From NCBI GenBank assembly GCA_963773285.1, contig CAVZAM010000013.1, forward strand, positions 3,393 through 67,392: DNA of 64,000 nucleotides. The letters are read 5' to 3'. Source of the stretch: an uncultured delta proteobacterium. GTDB lineage: Bacteria; Desulfobacterota; Desulfobaccia; Desulfobaccales; 0-14-0-80-60-11. A program made the translations under genes and the position numbers. Positions 12,246-22,735 of the stretch are shown in pieces. Numbering within the stretch: position 1 is the stretch's first letter; the number at the start of each line of letters is the position of its first letter. The notes beneath the pieces were generated by a model. That model was not told the origin of the DNA. It was given only the letters and a program-made list of their open reading frames with translations, and searched no databases.

Positions 12246-12400
12246 GGCATGATCTTGAAATCTATCGCCTTTAAAGGCAATACGGATTACCTCTTTCCAT
12301 TAGCCCTTCATGATCTAACCTCCTCTCCCGATCTAAGACCCTTTGAAGATTTTCTTGCACGAGTTTAAGAAAAATTAATCAATTTGTTTAGGTATTATCC

Positions 12401-13880
<1,480 letters not shown>

Positions 13881-14061
13881 AGAGGCTACTTTCTGATCAT
13901 ATGAGGTTGTCGAGGCCGGGGGCAAAAGGCCGCAAGCCCCGGGGGAGTTGCGCTCCCAGGCCCTCTCCGCAAGAATCTAAACAGGGTTGACAAAATCTCC
14001 CGGATAGGCGAAGTCTTTTCCAGGCCGGCATGGCAACGCCGGCTGCCAAGGGGGAGCCAGT

Positions 14062-14322
14062 ATGTCCGAAATCATCAGCAAGTTATCCAAAAATTCCCGG
14101 GAGACCATTTTTCTGTCGCTCTCGGAATTCAAAGGCCGCCGCCTGGTGGACATCCGGGTGCACGTCCCGGGGGACCAGGAAGATGAGTGGGTGCCCACCC
14201 GCAAGGGGGTATCCCTGGCGGTGTCTCTCTATCCCGCCTTCAAACAGGCCCTGGCCGAACTCGAGGAGGCCCTGGTGGCCCAGAAGCTTCTTGACCCGGA
14301 AGACCTGGAGATTGCTGATTGA
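14062..14322 (+). CDS. PC4/p15-like single-stranded-DNA-binding transcriptional coactivator family protein, copy 1
   Basis: 86 aa. SRETIFLSLSEFKGRRLVDIRVHV...WVPTRKGVSL matches the bacterial PC4 (PF02229-type) pattern. Confidence 0.65.
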   Translation: MSEIISKLSKNSRETIFLSLSEFKGRRLVDIRVHVPGDQEDEWVPTRKGVSLAVSLYPAFKQALAELEEALVAQKLLDPEDLEIAD

Positions 14323-14520
14323 ACTCCGGTCAAAGTTTATTGTACCCAAAGAGCCGCAAGGGGGCAACGACGTCCTGCGGGGCTAAAAAACTTGTTTTTG
14401 CGAATATTTTCGTCTACCCTGCGTCCCATCCGCAGAAAAAGTTCGGCCTGCCTTGATAATTCATTAACAAGGACTATCTTTAAGGGTAAATCCCGGGTCT
14501 AAGACCAGAGAGGAGCAAGA

Positions 14521-15105
14521 ATGAAGGCTTATCAAATCCTCGATTTTTCGCACCTTTTGGGCATGGAAGGATTCAGCGATACCCTTCTTAAAAATCACTT
14601 TACCCTTTACCAGGGGTACGTCAACAACACCAACAAGATTATGGAAACCCTGGAGAATATGGCCAAGGCAGGCAAAATGGGAGACCCTGAGTATGCCGAA
14701 CTCAAAAGGCGCTTTGGGTGGGAATGGAACGGCATGCGCCTCCACGAGCTTTACTTTCAGAACCTGGGCGGCAACGGCGACCCCGGCAAGGCCCCGACCC
14801 TGATGAAGGCCATGGAGCAGGCGAAAGGCTCCTTCGAAGTGTGCGCTAAGGAGTTCAAGGCCACCGCAAGCATGCGGGGCATCGGCTGGGTGGTGGGCTA
14901 CCAGGACATCGCCCACGGCATCGTTTTCCATCAGTGGATCAACGAGCATGACGTGGGGCACCCGGCGGGGTTGAACCCCATCCTGGTCCTGGACGTCTTC
15001 GAGCACGCCTTCATGATCGACTACGGCCTCAAGAGAGCCGACTATATCGAGGCCTTCTTCAAGAACGTCAAGTGGGAAGAAGTGGAAAAGCGTTTTGTCA
15101 AATAG
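14521..15105 (+). CDS. Fe/Mn superoxide dismutase family protein, copy 1
   Basis: HFTLYQGYVNNTN, WEWNGMRLHELYF and GWVV...LVLDVFEHAFMIDY (D-x-x-E-H-A metal-ligand motif), with a C-terminal ...FFKNVKWEEVEKRF. Confidence 0.8.
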   Translation: MKAYQILDFSHLLGMEGFSDTLLKNHFTLYQGYVNNTNKIMETLENMAKAGKMGDPEYAELKRRFGWEWNGMRLHELYFQNLGGNGDPGKAPTLMKAMEQAKGSFEVCAKEFKATASMRGIGWVVGYQDIAHGIVFHQWINEHDVGHPAGLNPILVLDVFEHAFMIDYGLKRADYIEAFFKNVKWEEVEKRFVK

Positions 15106-15211
15106 TAATTTTTAAGTACGACAGGACCACACAAGCAATGCCAGGGGAGGGGCCAACAAGCCCTCCCCTTCATGTTTCTTTGACTGCCGGAACGGCTCGA
15201 GGAGGAGCATC

Positions 15212-16168
15212 ATGCGGCGCATTACCGGTCTGGTCTACGACGACCAATACCTGCGGCATGTCCCCGGGGAATGGCACCCGGAGCGCCCGGCCCGCCTGGA
15301 GGCCATCATGCAGCGCCTCCAGGACACCGGTCTCCTGGAGGAAGTGTTCCTCATCCGCCCCTATTCGGCCCCTCTCCCCTGGATCGAACGCCTCCACGAC
15401 CCGGGCTACATCAAGCGCTTCGAGGAGACCTGCCAGAAAGGCGCCAGCATTTTCGGAGTCCCGGACTGCGGCATCTCCCCGGAATCCTATGAGATCGCGC
15501 TGCTGGCGGTGGGGGGGGTATTTGCCGCCATCGAGAACGTCATGAACGGCACGGTGCAGAACGCCTTCTGTGCGGTGCGCCCCCCGGGCCACCACGCCGA
15601 ACACAGCCGGGCCCTGGGCTTTTGTTTCTTCAACAATATCGCCCTGGGGGCCATCTACCTCCTGGAGAATTTCCACCTGGAACGGGTGGCCATCATCGAC
15701 TGGGACGTGCACCACGGCAACGGCACTCAGCACCTCTTTGAATCAGACCCCCGGGTGTTCTATCTGTCCCTCCATGAAGACCCTTCCAGCTGCTACCCCG
15801 GCACCGGCAGCAGTTCGGAGCGAGGCACGGGCCTTGGCGAGGGCTTCACCCTGAACCTGCCCATGCCCGCCGGCAGCGGCGACGCCGCCTATCTCGAGGC
15901 CTTTCGGGATCAAGGTCTGCCCCGGCTCAAGGAGTTTGCCCCCCAGTTTGTCCTGATTTCGGCGGGCTTCGACGCCCACCAGGATGACCCCCTGGCCAAC
16001 CTGAACCTGACACGGGATGCCTATAAAGAGATGGGGGCAATGCTCCTGCAGCTGGCCGAGGACAGCGCCGCCGGCCGCCTCATCAGCGTCCTCGAGGGGG
16101 GCTACAACCTCACCGTCCTGGCCGACTGCGTGGAGGACCACCTGCGCCTGCTGTTAGGTGAAGGTTAG
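15212..16168 (+). CDS. Histone deacetylase-family (AcuC/HDAC class II-like) amidohydrolase, copy 1
   Basis: RPPGHHAE, IIDWDVHHGNGTQ, SAGFDAH and EGGYN motifs. Confidence 0.9.
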   Translation: MRRITGLVYDDQYLRHVPGEWHPERPARLEAIMQRLQDTGLLEEVFLIRPYSAPLPWIERLHDPGYIKRFEETCQKGASIFGVPDCGISPESYEIALLAVGGVFAAIENVMNGTVQNAFCAVRPPGHHAEHSRALGFCFFNNIALGAIYLLENFHLERVAIIDWDVHHGNGTQHLFESDPRVFYLSLHEDPSSCYPGTGSSSERGTGLGEGFTLNLPMPAGSGDAAYLEAFRDQGLPRLKEFAPQFVLISAGFDAHQDDPLANLNLTRDAYKEMGAMLLQLAEDSAAGRLISVLEGGYNLTVLADCVEDHLRLLLGEG

Positions 16169-16398
16169 GCCAAGTTCCCGAAAAAGATTACCTTTCTGGC
16201 TTTTTGAGGCGCGGAATTCCTTGACGCCGGAAAATCTCCGTGCTAAGGATGGCTATCCTTTCATCAGGCGTACCAGCAGTGGTTGAGGCACCAGCGACAA
16301 CAGGAGGGCAAAGGGGAGGGCCGTGAGGCCGCCCTTTTTTTGTGCCTGCAGCCGGCGGCAACCGCCCCGGAAGGAATATTTTCGCAGCAGGAGGACTT

Positions 16399-16722
16399 AT
16401 GGGCTTCATGGGCAAGGTCAAGTGGTTCAACGAATCCAAGGGCTACGGGTTCATCGAGCGGGAGGACGGCGCCGACGTTTTCGTGCACTACACCAACATC
16501 GTCGGCCAGGGCTTCCGCACCCTCAAGGAAAACGACGAAGTGGAGTTCGAAGTCAACGAGGGCCCCAAGGGTCTCCAGGCGGTGAACGTGGAAAAGGTAC
16601 CCGCCACACCGTCCCGCCGGGCTTGTCCTCCAGCAAAATCCCCATGGCCAGCAGCTCATCCCGGATCTTGTCGGCGCCGGCCCAGTCCTTGTTTTTCCTG
16701 GCCTCGGTGCGCCGGGCGATGA
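16399..16722 (+). CDS. cspA: Cold-shock protein, copy 1; stop codon lost at the duplication junction, giving a chimeric 3' extension
   Basis: AGGAGG SD, then [24 protein letters not shown]...VNVEKV. The frame then continues for about 40 codons antisense to cysS copy 2 ([11 protein letters not shown]...) because the junction at 16598/16599 removes the TGA seen in copy 2. Confidence 0.8.
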   Translation: MGFMGKVKWFNESKGYGFIEREDGADVFVHYTNIVGQGFRTLKENDEVEFEVNEGPKGLQAVNVEKVPATPSRRACPPAKSPWPAAHPGSCRRRPSPCFSWPRCAGR

Positions 16723-18070
16723 GGGCCTCGATCTCCTCGGGGCCGATGGCCAGGTCCGCGGGCTTCTGGCGCAGGGTGGCCACGGTCTCGGACGGGTCGG
16801 CCTGGAGGAGATTGAGGACCTGCCCCAGGGAGATTAACTCTTGTTGTATATGGGCCAGCAGGGCAAGATAGGCCGGGTCGTCAGTGGGGTTTTCCAGCAG
16901 GCGGTTGGTGAGGCGCACCGCGTCGAACATGTACCCCAGGGCCTGGGCGGTGTTGACGTCGTCGTCCAGGGCCTCGTCGAAGCGCTGGGAGAGGGTAAAG
17001 AGGCGCTCCAGTTCCTCCGGCGCCAGGCCGGCGGCGCTAAAATCCCGGGGCGGCGGATTCCCCGGGGCCGGGTGCGCCCGCAGGATGTCCTGGATGGCGG
17101 CCAGGGGGGCGTAAAGGCGCAGGAGCGCGGTCTCGGCTTCGGCCAGGGCTGCATCCGAAAAGTCCAGCGGGCTCCGGTAGTGGCTGCTGATCAAAAAGAA
17201 GCGCACCACCTCGGCCGGGAATTTTGCCAGGACTTCCTTGACGGTGAAAAAGTTCTTGAGGGACTTGCTCATCTTCTCATGGTTGATGGTGAGGAGCCCA
17301 TGGTGCACCCAAAAGCGGGCGAAAGGCGCATCGTTGGCCGCCTCGGATTGGGCCAGCTCGTTTTCGTGGTGGGGGAAGACCAGATCCCGGCCGCCGCCGT
17401 GGATGTCCAGGGTCTCGCCCAGGTATTTCATGCTCATGGCGGAGCACTCGATGTGCCAGCCCGGGCGCCCCGGTCCCCAGGGGCTGGGCCAGGCGGGCTC
17501 CCCGGGCTTGCTGGCCTTCCACAGGACAAAATCCAGGGGGTCTTCCTTCACCGCGTCCACCTCGATCCGGGCGCCGGACTCCAAATCCTCCAGGCTCTGG
17601 CCCGAGAGCTTGCCGTAGCCCGGGAAACGCCGCACCCGGTAGTAGACGTCGCCGTTGGCCGCGCCCTGGTAGGCAAAGCCCTGGTCCACCAGGCGCCCGA
17701 TGATGGTGAGCATCTCGGGGACGTGGTCCGTGGCCTTGGGCTCGATCTTAGCCGGGGGAATCCCGAGCGCCGCCATGTCTTCCTGAAAAGAGGCGATGTA
17801 GCGGGCCGCGATCTCGTCCCAGGCCACCCCCTCCTCCTTGGCGCGCTTCAAGATCTTGTCGTCGATGTCGGTGTAGTTCCTGACCCAGGTGACCTCGTAG
17901 CCCCGGCGCCGGAGATACCGCACCAGCACCTCGAAGAACACGCTGGAGCGGGCGTGCCCCAGGTGACAGTCATCGTACACCGTGACCCCGCAGGCATATA
18001 AGCCCACCTTGCCGGGGTGCAGCGCCGCAAATTTTTCCTTGCGCCGGCCTAACGTGTTGTATAGCTGCAT
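16553..18070 (-). CDS. cysS: Cysteine--tRNA ligase, copy 2 (last Lys and stop replaced by a 15-aa junction-derived tail)
   Basis: Same motifs as copy 1, uninterrupted. Ends ...GGTVWRV then [14 protein letters not shown], read antisense through the csp copy 1 3' end. Confidence 0.92.
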   Translation of the reverse strand: MQLYNTLGRRKEKFAALHPGKVGLYACGVTVYDDCHLGHARSSVFFEVLVRYLRRRGYEVTWVRNYTDIDDKILKRAKEEGVAWDEIAARYIASFQEDMAALGIPPAKIEPKATDHVPEMLTIIGRLVDQGFAYQGAANGDVYYRVRRFPGYGKLSGQSLEDLESGARIEVDAVKEDPLDFVLWKASKPGEPAWPSPWGPGRPGWHIECSAMSMKYLGETLDIHGGGRDLVFPHHENELAQSEAANDAPFARFWVHHGLLTINHEKMSKSLKNFFTVKEVLAKFPAEVVRFFLISSHYRSPLDFSDAALAEAETALLRLYAPLAAIQDILRAHPAPGNPPPRDFSAAGLAPEELERLFTLSQRFDEALDDDVNTAQALGYMFDAVRLTNRLLENPTDDPAYLALLAHIQQELISLGQVLNLLQADPSETVATLRQKPADLAIGPEEIEALIARRTEARKNKDWAGADKIRDELLAMGILLEDKPGGTVWRVPFPRSPPGDPWGPR

Positions 18071-18251
18071 AGAGGCTACTTTCTGATCATATGAGGTTGT
18101 CGAGGCCGGGGGCAAAAGGCCGCAAGCCCCGGGGGAGTTGCGCTCCCAGGCCCTCTCCGCAAGAATCTAAACAGGGTTGACAAAATCTCCCGGATAGGCG
18201 AAGTCTTTTCCAGGCCGGCATGGCAACGCCGGCTGCCAAGGGGGAGCCAGT

Positions 18252-18512
18252 ATGTCCGAAATCATCAGCAAGTTATCCAAAAATTCCCGGGAGACCATTT
18301 TTCTGTCGCTCTCGGAATTCAAAGGCCGCCGCCTGGTGGACATCCGGGTGCACGTCCCGGGGGACCAGGAAGATGAGTGGGTGCCCACCCGCAAGGGGGT
18401 ATCCCTGGCGGTGTCTCTCTATCCCGCCTTCAAACAGGCCCTGGCCGAACTCGAGGAGGCCCTGGTGGCCCAGAAGCTTCTTGACCCGGAAGACCTGGAG
18501 ATTGCTGATTGA
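18252..18512 (+). CDS. PC4/p15-like family protein, copy 2
   Basis: Protein identical to 14062-14322, offset exactly 4190 nt. Confidence 0.65.
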   Translation: MSEIISKLSKNSRETIFLSLSEFKGRRLVDIRVHVPGDQEDEWVPTRKGVSLAVSLYPAFKQALAELEEALVAQKLLDPEDLEIAD

Positions 18513-18710
18513 ACTCCGGTCAAAGTTTATTGTACCCAAAGAGCCGCAAGGGGGCAACGACGTCCTGCGGGGCTAAAAAACTTGTTTTTGCGAATATTTT
18601 CGTCTACCCCGCGTCCCATCCGCAGAAAAAGTTCGGCCTGCCTTGATAATTCATTAACAAGGACTATCTTTAAGGGTAAATCCCGGGTCTAAGACCAGAG
18701 AGGAGCAAGA

Positions 18711-19295
18711 ATGAAGGCTTATCAAATCCTCGATTTTTCGCACCTTTTGGGCATGGAAGGATTCAGCGATACCCTTCTTAAAAATCACTTTACCCTTTAC
18801 CAGGGGTACGTCAACAACACCAACAAGATTATGGAAACCCTGGAGAACATGGCCAAGGCAGGCAAAATGGGAGACCCTGAGTATGCCGAGCTCAAAAGGC
18901 GCTTTGGGTGGGAATGGAACGGCATGCGCCTCCACGAGCTTTACTTTCAGAATCTCGGCGGCAACGGCGACCCCGGCAAGGCCCCGACCCTGATGAAGGC
19001 CATGGAGCAGGCGAAAGGCTCCTTCGAAGTGTGCGCTAAGGAGTTCAAGGCCACCGCAAGCATGCGGGGCATCGGCTGGGTGGTGGGCTACCAGGACATC
19101 GCCCACGGCATCGTTTTCCATCAGTGGATCAACGAGCATGACGTGGGGCACCCGGCGGGGTTGAACCCCATCCTGGTCCTGGACGTCTTCGAGCACGCCT
19201 TCATGATCGACTACGGCCTCAAGAGAGCCGACTATATCGAGGCCTTCTTCAAGAACGTCAAGTGGGAAGAAGTGGAAAAGCGTTTTGTCAAATAG
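18711..19295 (+). CDS. Fe/Mn superoxide dismutase family protein, copy 2
   Basis: Protein identical to copy 1, with a few synonymous differences. Confidence 0.8.
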   Translation: MKAYQILDFSHLLGMEGFSDTLLKNHFTLYQGYVNNTNKIMETLENMAKAGKMGDPEYAELKRRFGWEWNGMRLHELYFQNLGGNGDPGKAPTLMKAMEQAKGSFEVCAKEFKATASMRGIGWVVGYQDIAHGIVFHQWINEHDVGHPAGLNPILVLDVFEHAFMIDYGLKRADYIEAFFKNVKWEEVEKRFVK

Positions 19296-19401
19296 TAATT
19301 TTTAAGTACGACAGGACCACACAAGCAATGCCAGGGGAGGGGCCAACAAGCCCTCCCCTTCATGTTTCTTTGACTGCCGGAACGGCTCGAGGAGGAGCAT
19401 C

Positions 19402-20358
19402 ATGCGGCGCATTACCGGTCTGGTCTACGACGACCAATACCTGCGGCATGTCCCCGGGGAATGGCACCCGGAGCGCCCGGCCCGCCTGGAGGCCATCATG
19501 CAGCGCCTCCAGGACACCGGTCTCCTGGAGGAAGTGTTCCTCATCCGCCCCTATTCGGCCCCTCTCCCCTGGATCGAACGCCTCCACGACCCGGGCTACA
19601 TCAAGCGCTTCGAGGAGACCTGCCAGAAAGGCGCCAGCATTTTCGGAGTCCCGGACTGCGGCATCTCCCCGGAATCCTATGAGATCGCGCTGCTGGCGGT
19701 GGGCGGGGTATTTGCCGCCATCGAGAACGTCATGAACGGCACGGTGCAGAACGCCTTCTGTGCGGTGCGCCCCCCGGGCCACCACGCCGAACACAGCCGG
19801 GCCCTGGGCTTTTGTTTCTTCAACAATATCGCCCTGGGGGCCATCTACCTCCTGGAGAATTTCCACCTGGAACGGGTGGCCATCATCGACTGGGACGTGC
19901 ACCACGGCAACGGCACCCAGCACCTCTTTGAATCAGACCCCCGGGTGTTCTATCTGTCCCTCCATGAAGACCCTTCCAGCTGCTACCCCGGCACCGGCAG
20001 CAGTTCGGAGCGAGGCACGGGCCTTGGCGAGGGCTTCACCCTGAACCTGCCCATGCCCGCCGGCAGCGGCGACGCCGCCTATCTCGAGGCCTTTCGGGAT
20101 CACGGCCTGCCCCGGCTCAAGGAGTTTGCCCCCCAGTTTGTCCTGATTTCGGCGGGCTTCGACGCCCACCAGGATGACCCCCTGGCCCACCTGAACCTGA
20201 CCCGGGACGCCTATAAAGCAATGGGCGCAATGCTCCTGCAGCTGGCCGAGGACAGCGCCGCCGGCCGCCTCATCAGCGTCCTCGAGGGGGGCTACAACCT
20301 CACCGTCCTGGCCGACTGCGTGGAGGACCACCTGCGCCTGCTGTTAGGTGAAGGTTAG
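19402..20358 (+). CDS. Histone deacetylase-family amidohydrolase, copy 2
   Basis: Three amino-acid differences from copy 1 (Q/H, N/H, E/A). Confidence 0.9.
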   Translation: MRRITGLVYDDQYLRHVPGEWHPERPARLEAIMQRLQDTGLLEEVFLIRPYSAPLPWIERLHDPGYIKRFEETCQKGASIFGVPDCGISPESYEIALLAVGGVFAAIENVMNGTVQNAFCAVRPPGHHAEHSRALGFCFFNNIALGAIYLLENFHLERVAIIDWDVHHGNGTQHLFESDPRVFYLSLHEDPSSCYPGTGSSSERGTGLGEGFTLNLPMPAGSGDAAYLEAFRDHGLPRLKEFAPQFVLISAGFDAHQDDPLAHLNLTRDAYKAMGAMLLQLAEDSAAGRLISVLEGGYNLTVLADCVEDHLRLLLGEG

Positions 20359-20588
20359 GCCAAGTTCCCAAAAAAGATTACCTTTCTGGCTTTTTGAGGC
20401 GCGGAATTCCTTGACGCCGGAAAATCTCCGTGCTAAGGATGGCTATCCTTTCATCAGGCGTACCAGCAGTGGTTGAGGCACCAGCGACAACAGGAGGGCA
20501 AAGGGGAGGGCCGTGAGGCCGCCCTTTTTTTGTGCCTGCAGCCGGCGGCAACCGCCCCGGAAGGAATATTTTCGCAGCAGGAGGAGTT

Positions 20589-20792
20589 ATGGGCTTCATG
20601 GGCAAGGTCAAGTGGTTCAACGAATCCAAGGGCTACGGGTTCATCGAGCGGGAGGACGGCGCCGACGTTTTCGTGCACTACACCAACATCGTCGGCCAGG
20701 GCTTCCGCACCCTCAAGGAAAACGACGAAGTGGAGTTCGAAGTCAACGAGGGCCCCAAGGGTCTCCAGGCGGTGAACGTGGAAAAGGTCTGA
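20589..20792 (+). CDS. cspA: Cold-shock protein, copy 2 (intact)
   Basis: 67 aa, [19 protein letters not shown]...[10 protein letters not shown], with RNP1-type KGYGFI and RNP2-type VFVHY motifs. Confidence 0.93.
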   Translation: MGFMGKVKWFNESKGYGFIEREDGADVFVHYTNIVGQGFRTLKENDEVEFEVNEGPKGLQAVNVEKV

Positions 20793-20821
20793 AGATTTCC
20801 TGTAGGTCACCGGCGATTACC

Positions 20822-20847
20822 AAAGGGGCGCTGGCGCCCTTTTTTTA
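20822..20847 (+). terminator. Rho-independent terminator of csp copy 2
   Basis: AAAGGGGCGCTGGCGCCC hairpin followed by TTTTTTTATT, 30 nt after the csp stop. Confidence 0.7.
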
Positions 20848-21099
20848 TTGTCTGATACCGCCGGGTTAACTGGCCTAGGACTTAAGCTTCCTCTTCTCCC
20901 TGATACCGTACTTCCCAAAATCCCGGCGCCTCACCCGGGGAACCCGGAGACCCGCGTGGTGAATTTATATCAGCCAAAATGGACAACCGCGTCCATTGTT
21001 TTCCTCCCCGGAATGCCCATTATATAAGACAAAGGAACAACCCCTACCCGCAGGTGCTTTCGCACCTTGACCGGTCTCTAGACCGAAGGAAGGCAGATC

Positions 21100-21192
21100 A
21101 TGTTCTGGATGTCACTCCCCTTGGGCTTGATCTTGGTCATCGGCAGCTGGTTGGCAATTTTCTGTCTGCGCCTTTTGTTCCTGCGCTTTTAG
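21100..21192 (+). CDS. Candidate 30-aa hydrophobic peptide
   Basis: GAAGGAAGG SD 6 nt before the ATG. MFWMSLPLGLILVIGSWLAIFCLRLLFLRF* is a single TM helix with a basic end. Below the ORF-track size cutoff. Confidence 0.25.
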   Translation: MFWMSLPLGLILVIGSWLAIFCLRLLFLRF

Positions 21193-21335
21193 CGGCTGCA
21201 GCGCCAGATCACGGCAGACGGCGGCCTTAGGCTGCCACAGGAAAAATCCCGATGGTGAGCGCCAACGCGGGCTGGAGGAACGCCCCGGCGGTACCAGGCG
21301 AAAACGGGATTGATCAGGCGGAATTACTGCCTGCC

Positions 21336-22514
21336 TCAGCTGATTTCTGCATCTGAGAGATAGCAGGCGGGATCGGGGGCCCACAGGTCGCCGGTGACGG
21401 CCTCGGCCCGGACCCGGAAATTGCCGGCGCACACCGTGAGCCAGCGGCAAGCGGCGCAGCGGCCGGTAACGTGCCGTTTTTTGTCCTTGAGCCTGGCCAT
21501 GAGGGGATCGGCCAGGTCCGTCCAGATGGCGCTGAACGGCCTCTCCCTCACATTCCCGAAGCTGTGATGCCGCCAGAACTGGTCGGCGTGCACCGCCCCG
21601 TCCCAACTGATGCAGCCGATACCCCGCCCGGAGCTGTTCCCTTCGTTCATCTTGAGGAGTTCCAGGACCTCGGCGGCCCGCGCCGGGTCTTCCTTGAGCA
21701 GTTTCAGGTAGATGTAGGGCCCGTCGGCGTGGTTGTCCACCGTCAGGACCTCGACGGGTTTCCCCCGGTCAAAGAGGCCGCGGGTGCGCCGGCAGATGAG
21801 ATCCACGGTGGCCCTGGTCTCGTCGTGGCTCAAGGCCTGGTCCAACATCGCGCTCCCCCGGCCGGTGTAGACCAGGTGGTAAAAGCAGATGCGGGGGATA
21901 TTATACTCCTCCACCAGGTCGAAGATGGCCGGCACCTCCCGGAAGTTGGCCTGGTTCAGGGTGAAACGCAGCCCCACCTTCAAGCCCACCTCCTGGCAGC
22001 GGCGGACCCCGGCCATGGCCGCGGCGAAAGCGCCCTGTTTGCCCCGGAAGCGGTCGTGGGTGGCCTCGACGCCGTCCAGGCTGATGCCCACGTAGGACAG
22101 CCCCAGGTCCTTGAGGCGGAGGGCGATTTCTTGGGAGATGAGGGTGCCGTTGGTGGAGATCACCGCCCGCATCCCCAGTGCCACCGTGTGGGACACCAGG
22201 TCGAACAGGTCCGGCCGCATCAGGGGCTCCCCCCCGGAGAACAGCACCACCGGCACGCCGAATTGCTTCAGGTCGTCCAGCACCGCCAGGCCCTCGGCGT
22301 GACTCAGTTCATCGGGCGCCACCTGGTGGTCGGCGTGGGCATAACAGTGGACGCATTTCAGGTTGCAGCGCCGGGTGACGTTCCACACCACCACGGGCTT
22401 TTTGTCCGCCGAGAATTGCAGGAGGTGGGACGGCAAATCCCCGGAGTGGCACCGATAACGCAGCACGTCCCCCGGCTCCACCGCCCCGCAGTATAGCTTC
22501 GAAATACCGATCAT
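21336..22514 (-). CDS. Radical SAM/SPASM protein, AhbC/NirJ-like (alternative heme biosynthesis; tentative)
   Basis: MIGISKLYCGAVEPGDVLRY...LPSHLLQFSADKKPVVVWNVTRRCNLKCVHCY (CxxxCxxC), and a C-terminal Cys-rich SPASM-like region (GRCAACRWLTVCAG). The family call is from memory of NirJ/AhbC N-termini. Confidence 0.6.
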   Translation of the reverse strand: MIGISKLYCGAVEPGDVLRYRCHSGDLPSHLLQFSADKKPVVVWNVTRRCNLKCVHCYAHADHQVAPDELSHAEGLAVLDDLKQFGVPVVLFSGGEPLMRPDLFDLVSHTVALGMRAVISTNGTLISQEIALRLKDLGLSYVGISLDGVEATHDRFRGKQGAFAAAMAGVRRCQEVGLKVGLRFTLNQANFREVPAIFDLVEEYNIPRICFYHLVYTGRGSAMLDQALSHDETRATVDLICRRTRGLFDRGKPVEVLTVDNHADGPYIYLKLLKEDPARAAEVLELLKMNEGNSSGRGIGCISWDGAVHADQFWRHHSFGNVRERPFSAIWTDLADPLMARLKDKKRHVTGRCAACRWLTVCAGNFRVRAEAVTGDLWAPDPACYLSDAEIS

Positions 22515-22646
22515 AAGCAAGTCCTTTGAGAGGAGGGCCGGGGGACCAGGGGGTCCCCCGCCCTCCGCCAGACCCCCCTCCCAACCTGCAGAATAATCTG
22601 GTAGCCCGGGCATCTTGCCCGGGCCTCACGGCTGGAAGCTACACGC

Positions 22647-22729
22647 TAAGGGATTGGGGAAGGGGGTATGGGGGAGGGGGTAAGGGCCCGCTGGCCCTTA
22701 GCCCCCTCCCCCACGATCCATCACATAAA
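22647..22729. repeat. G-run palindromic intergenic repeat, type 1 (best copy)
   Basis: TAAGGGATTGGGGAAGGGGGTATGGGGGAGGGGGTAAGGGCCCGCTGGCCCTTAGCCCCCTCCCCCACGATCCATCACATAAA. Confidence 0.85.
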
Positions 22730-22735
22730 CCCCAT

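Larger units (their letters stand above)
16599..20788. repeat. Tandem duplication unit, copy 2 (4190 nt)
   Basis: Starts at ACCCGCCACACC (as at 12408) and ends at ...GTGGAAAAGGT (as at 16598). Directly abuts copy 1. Confidence 0.95.

Noticed and set aside
20979-21230. 83-aa ORF (MDNRVHCFPPRNAHYIRQRNN…)
   Set aside because: It has no SD, an odd composition, and overlaps the better-signalled 30-aa mini-ORF in another frame.
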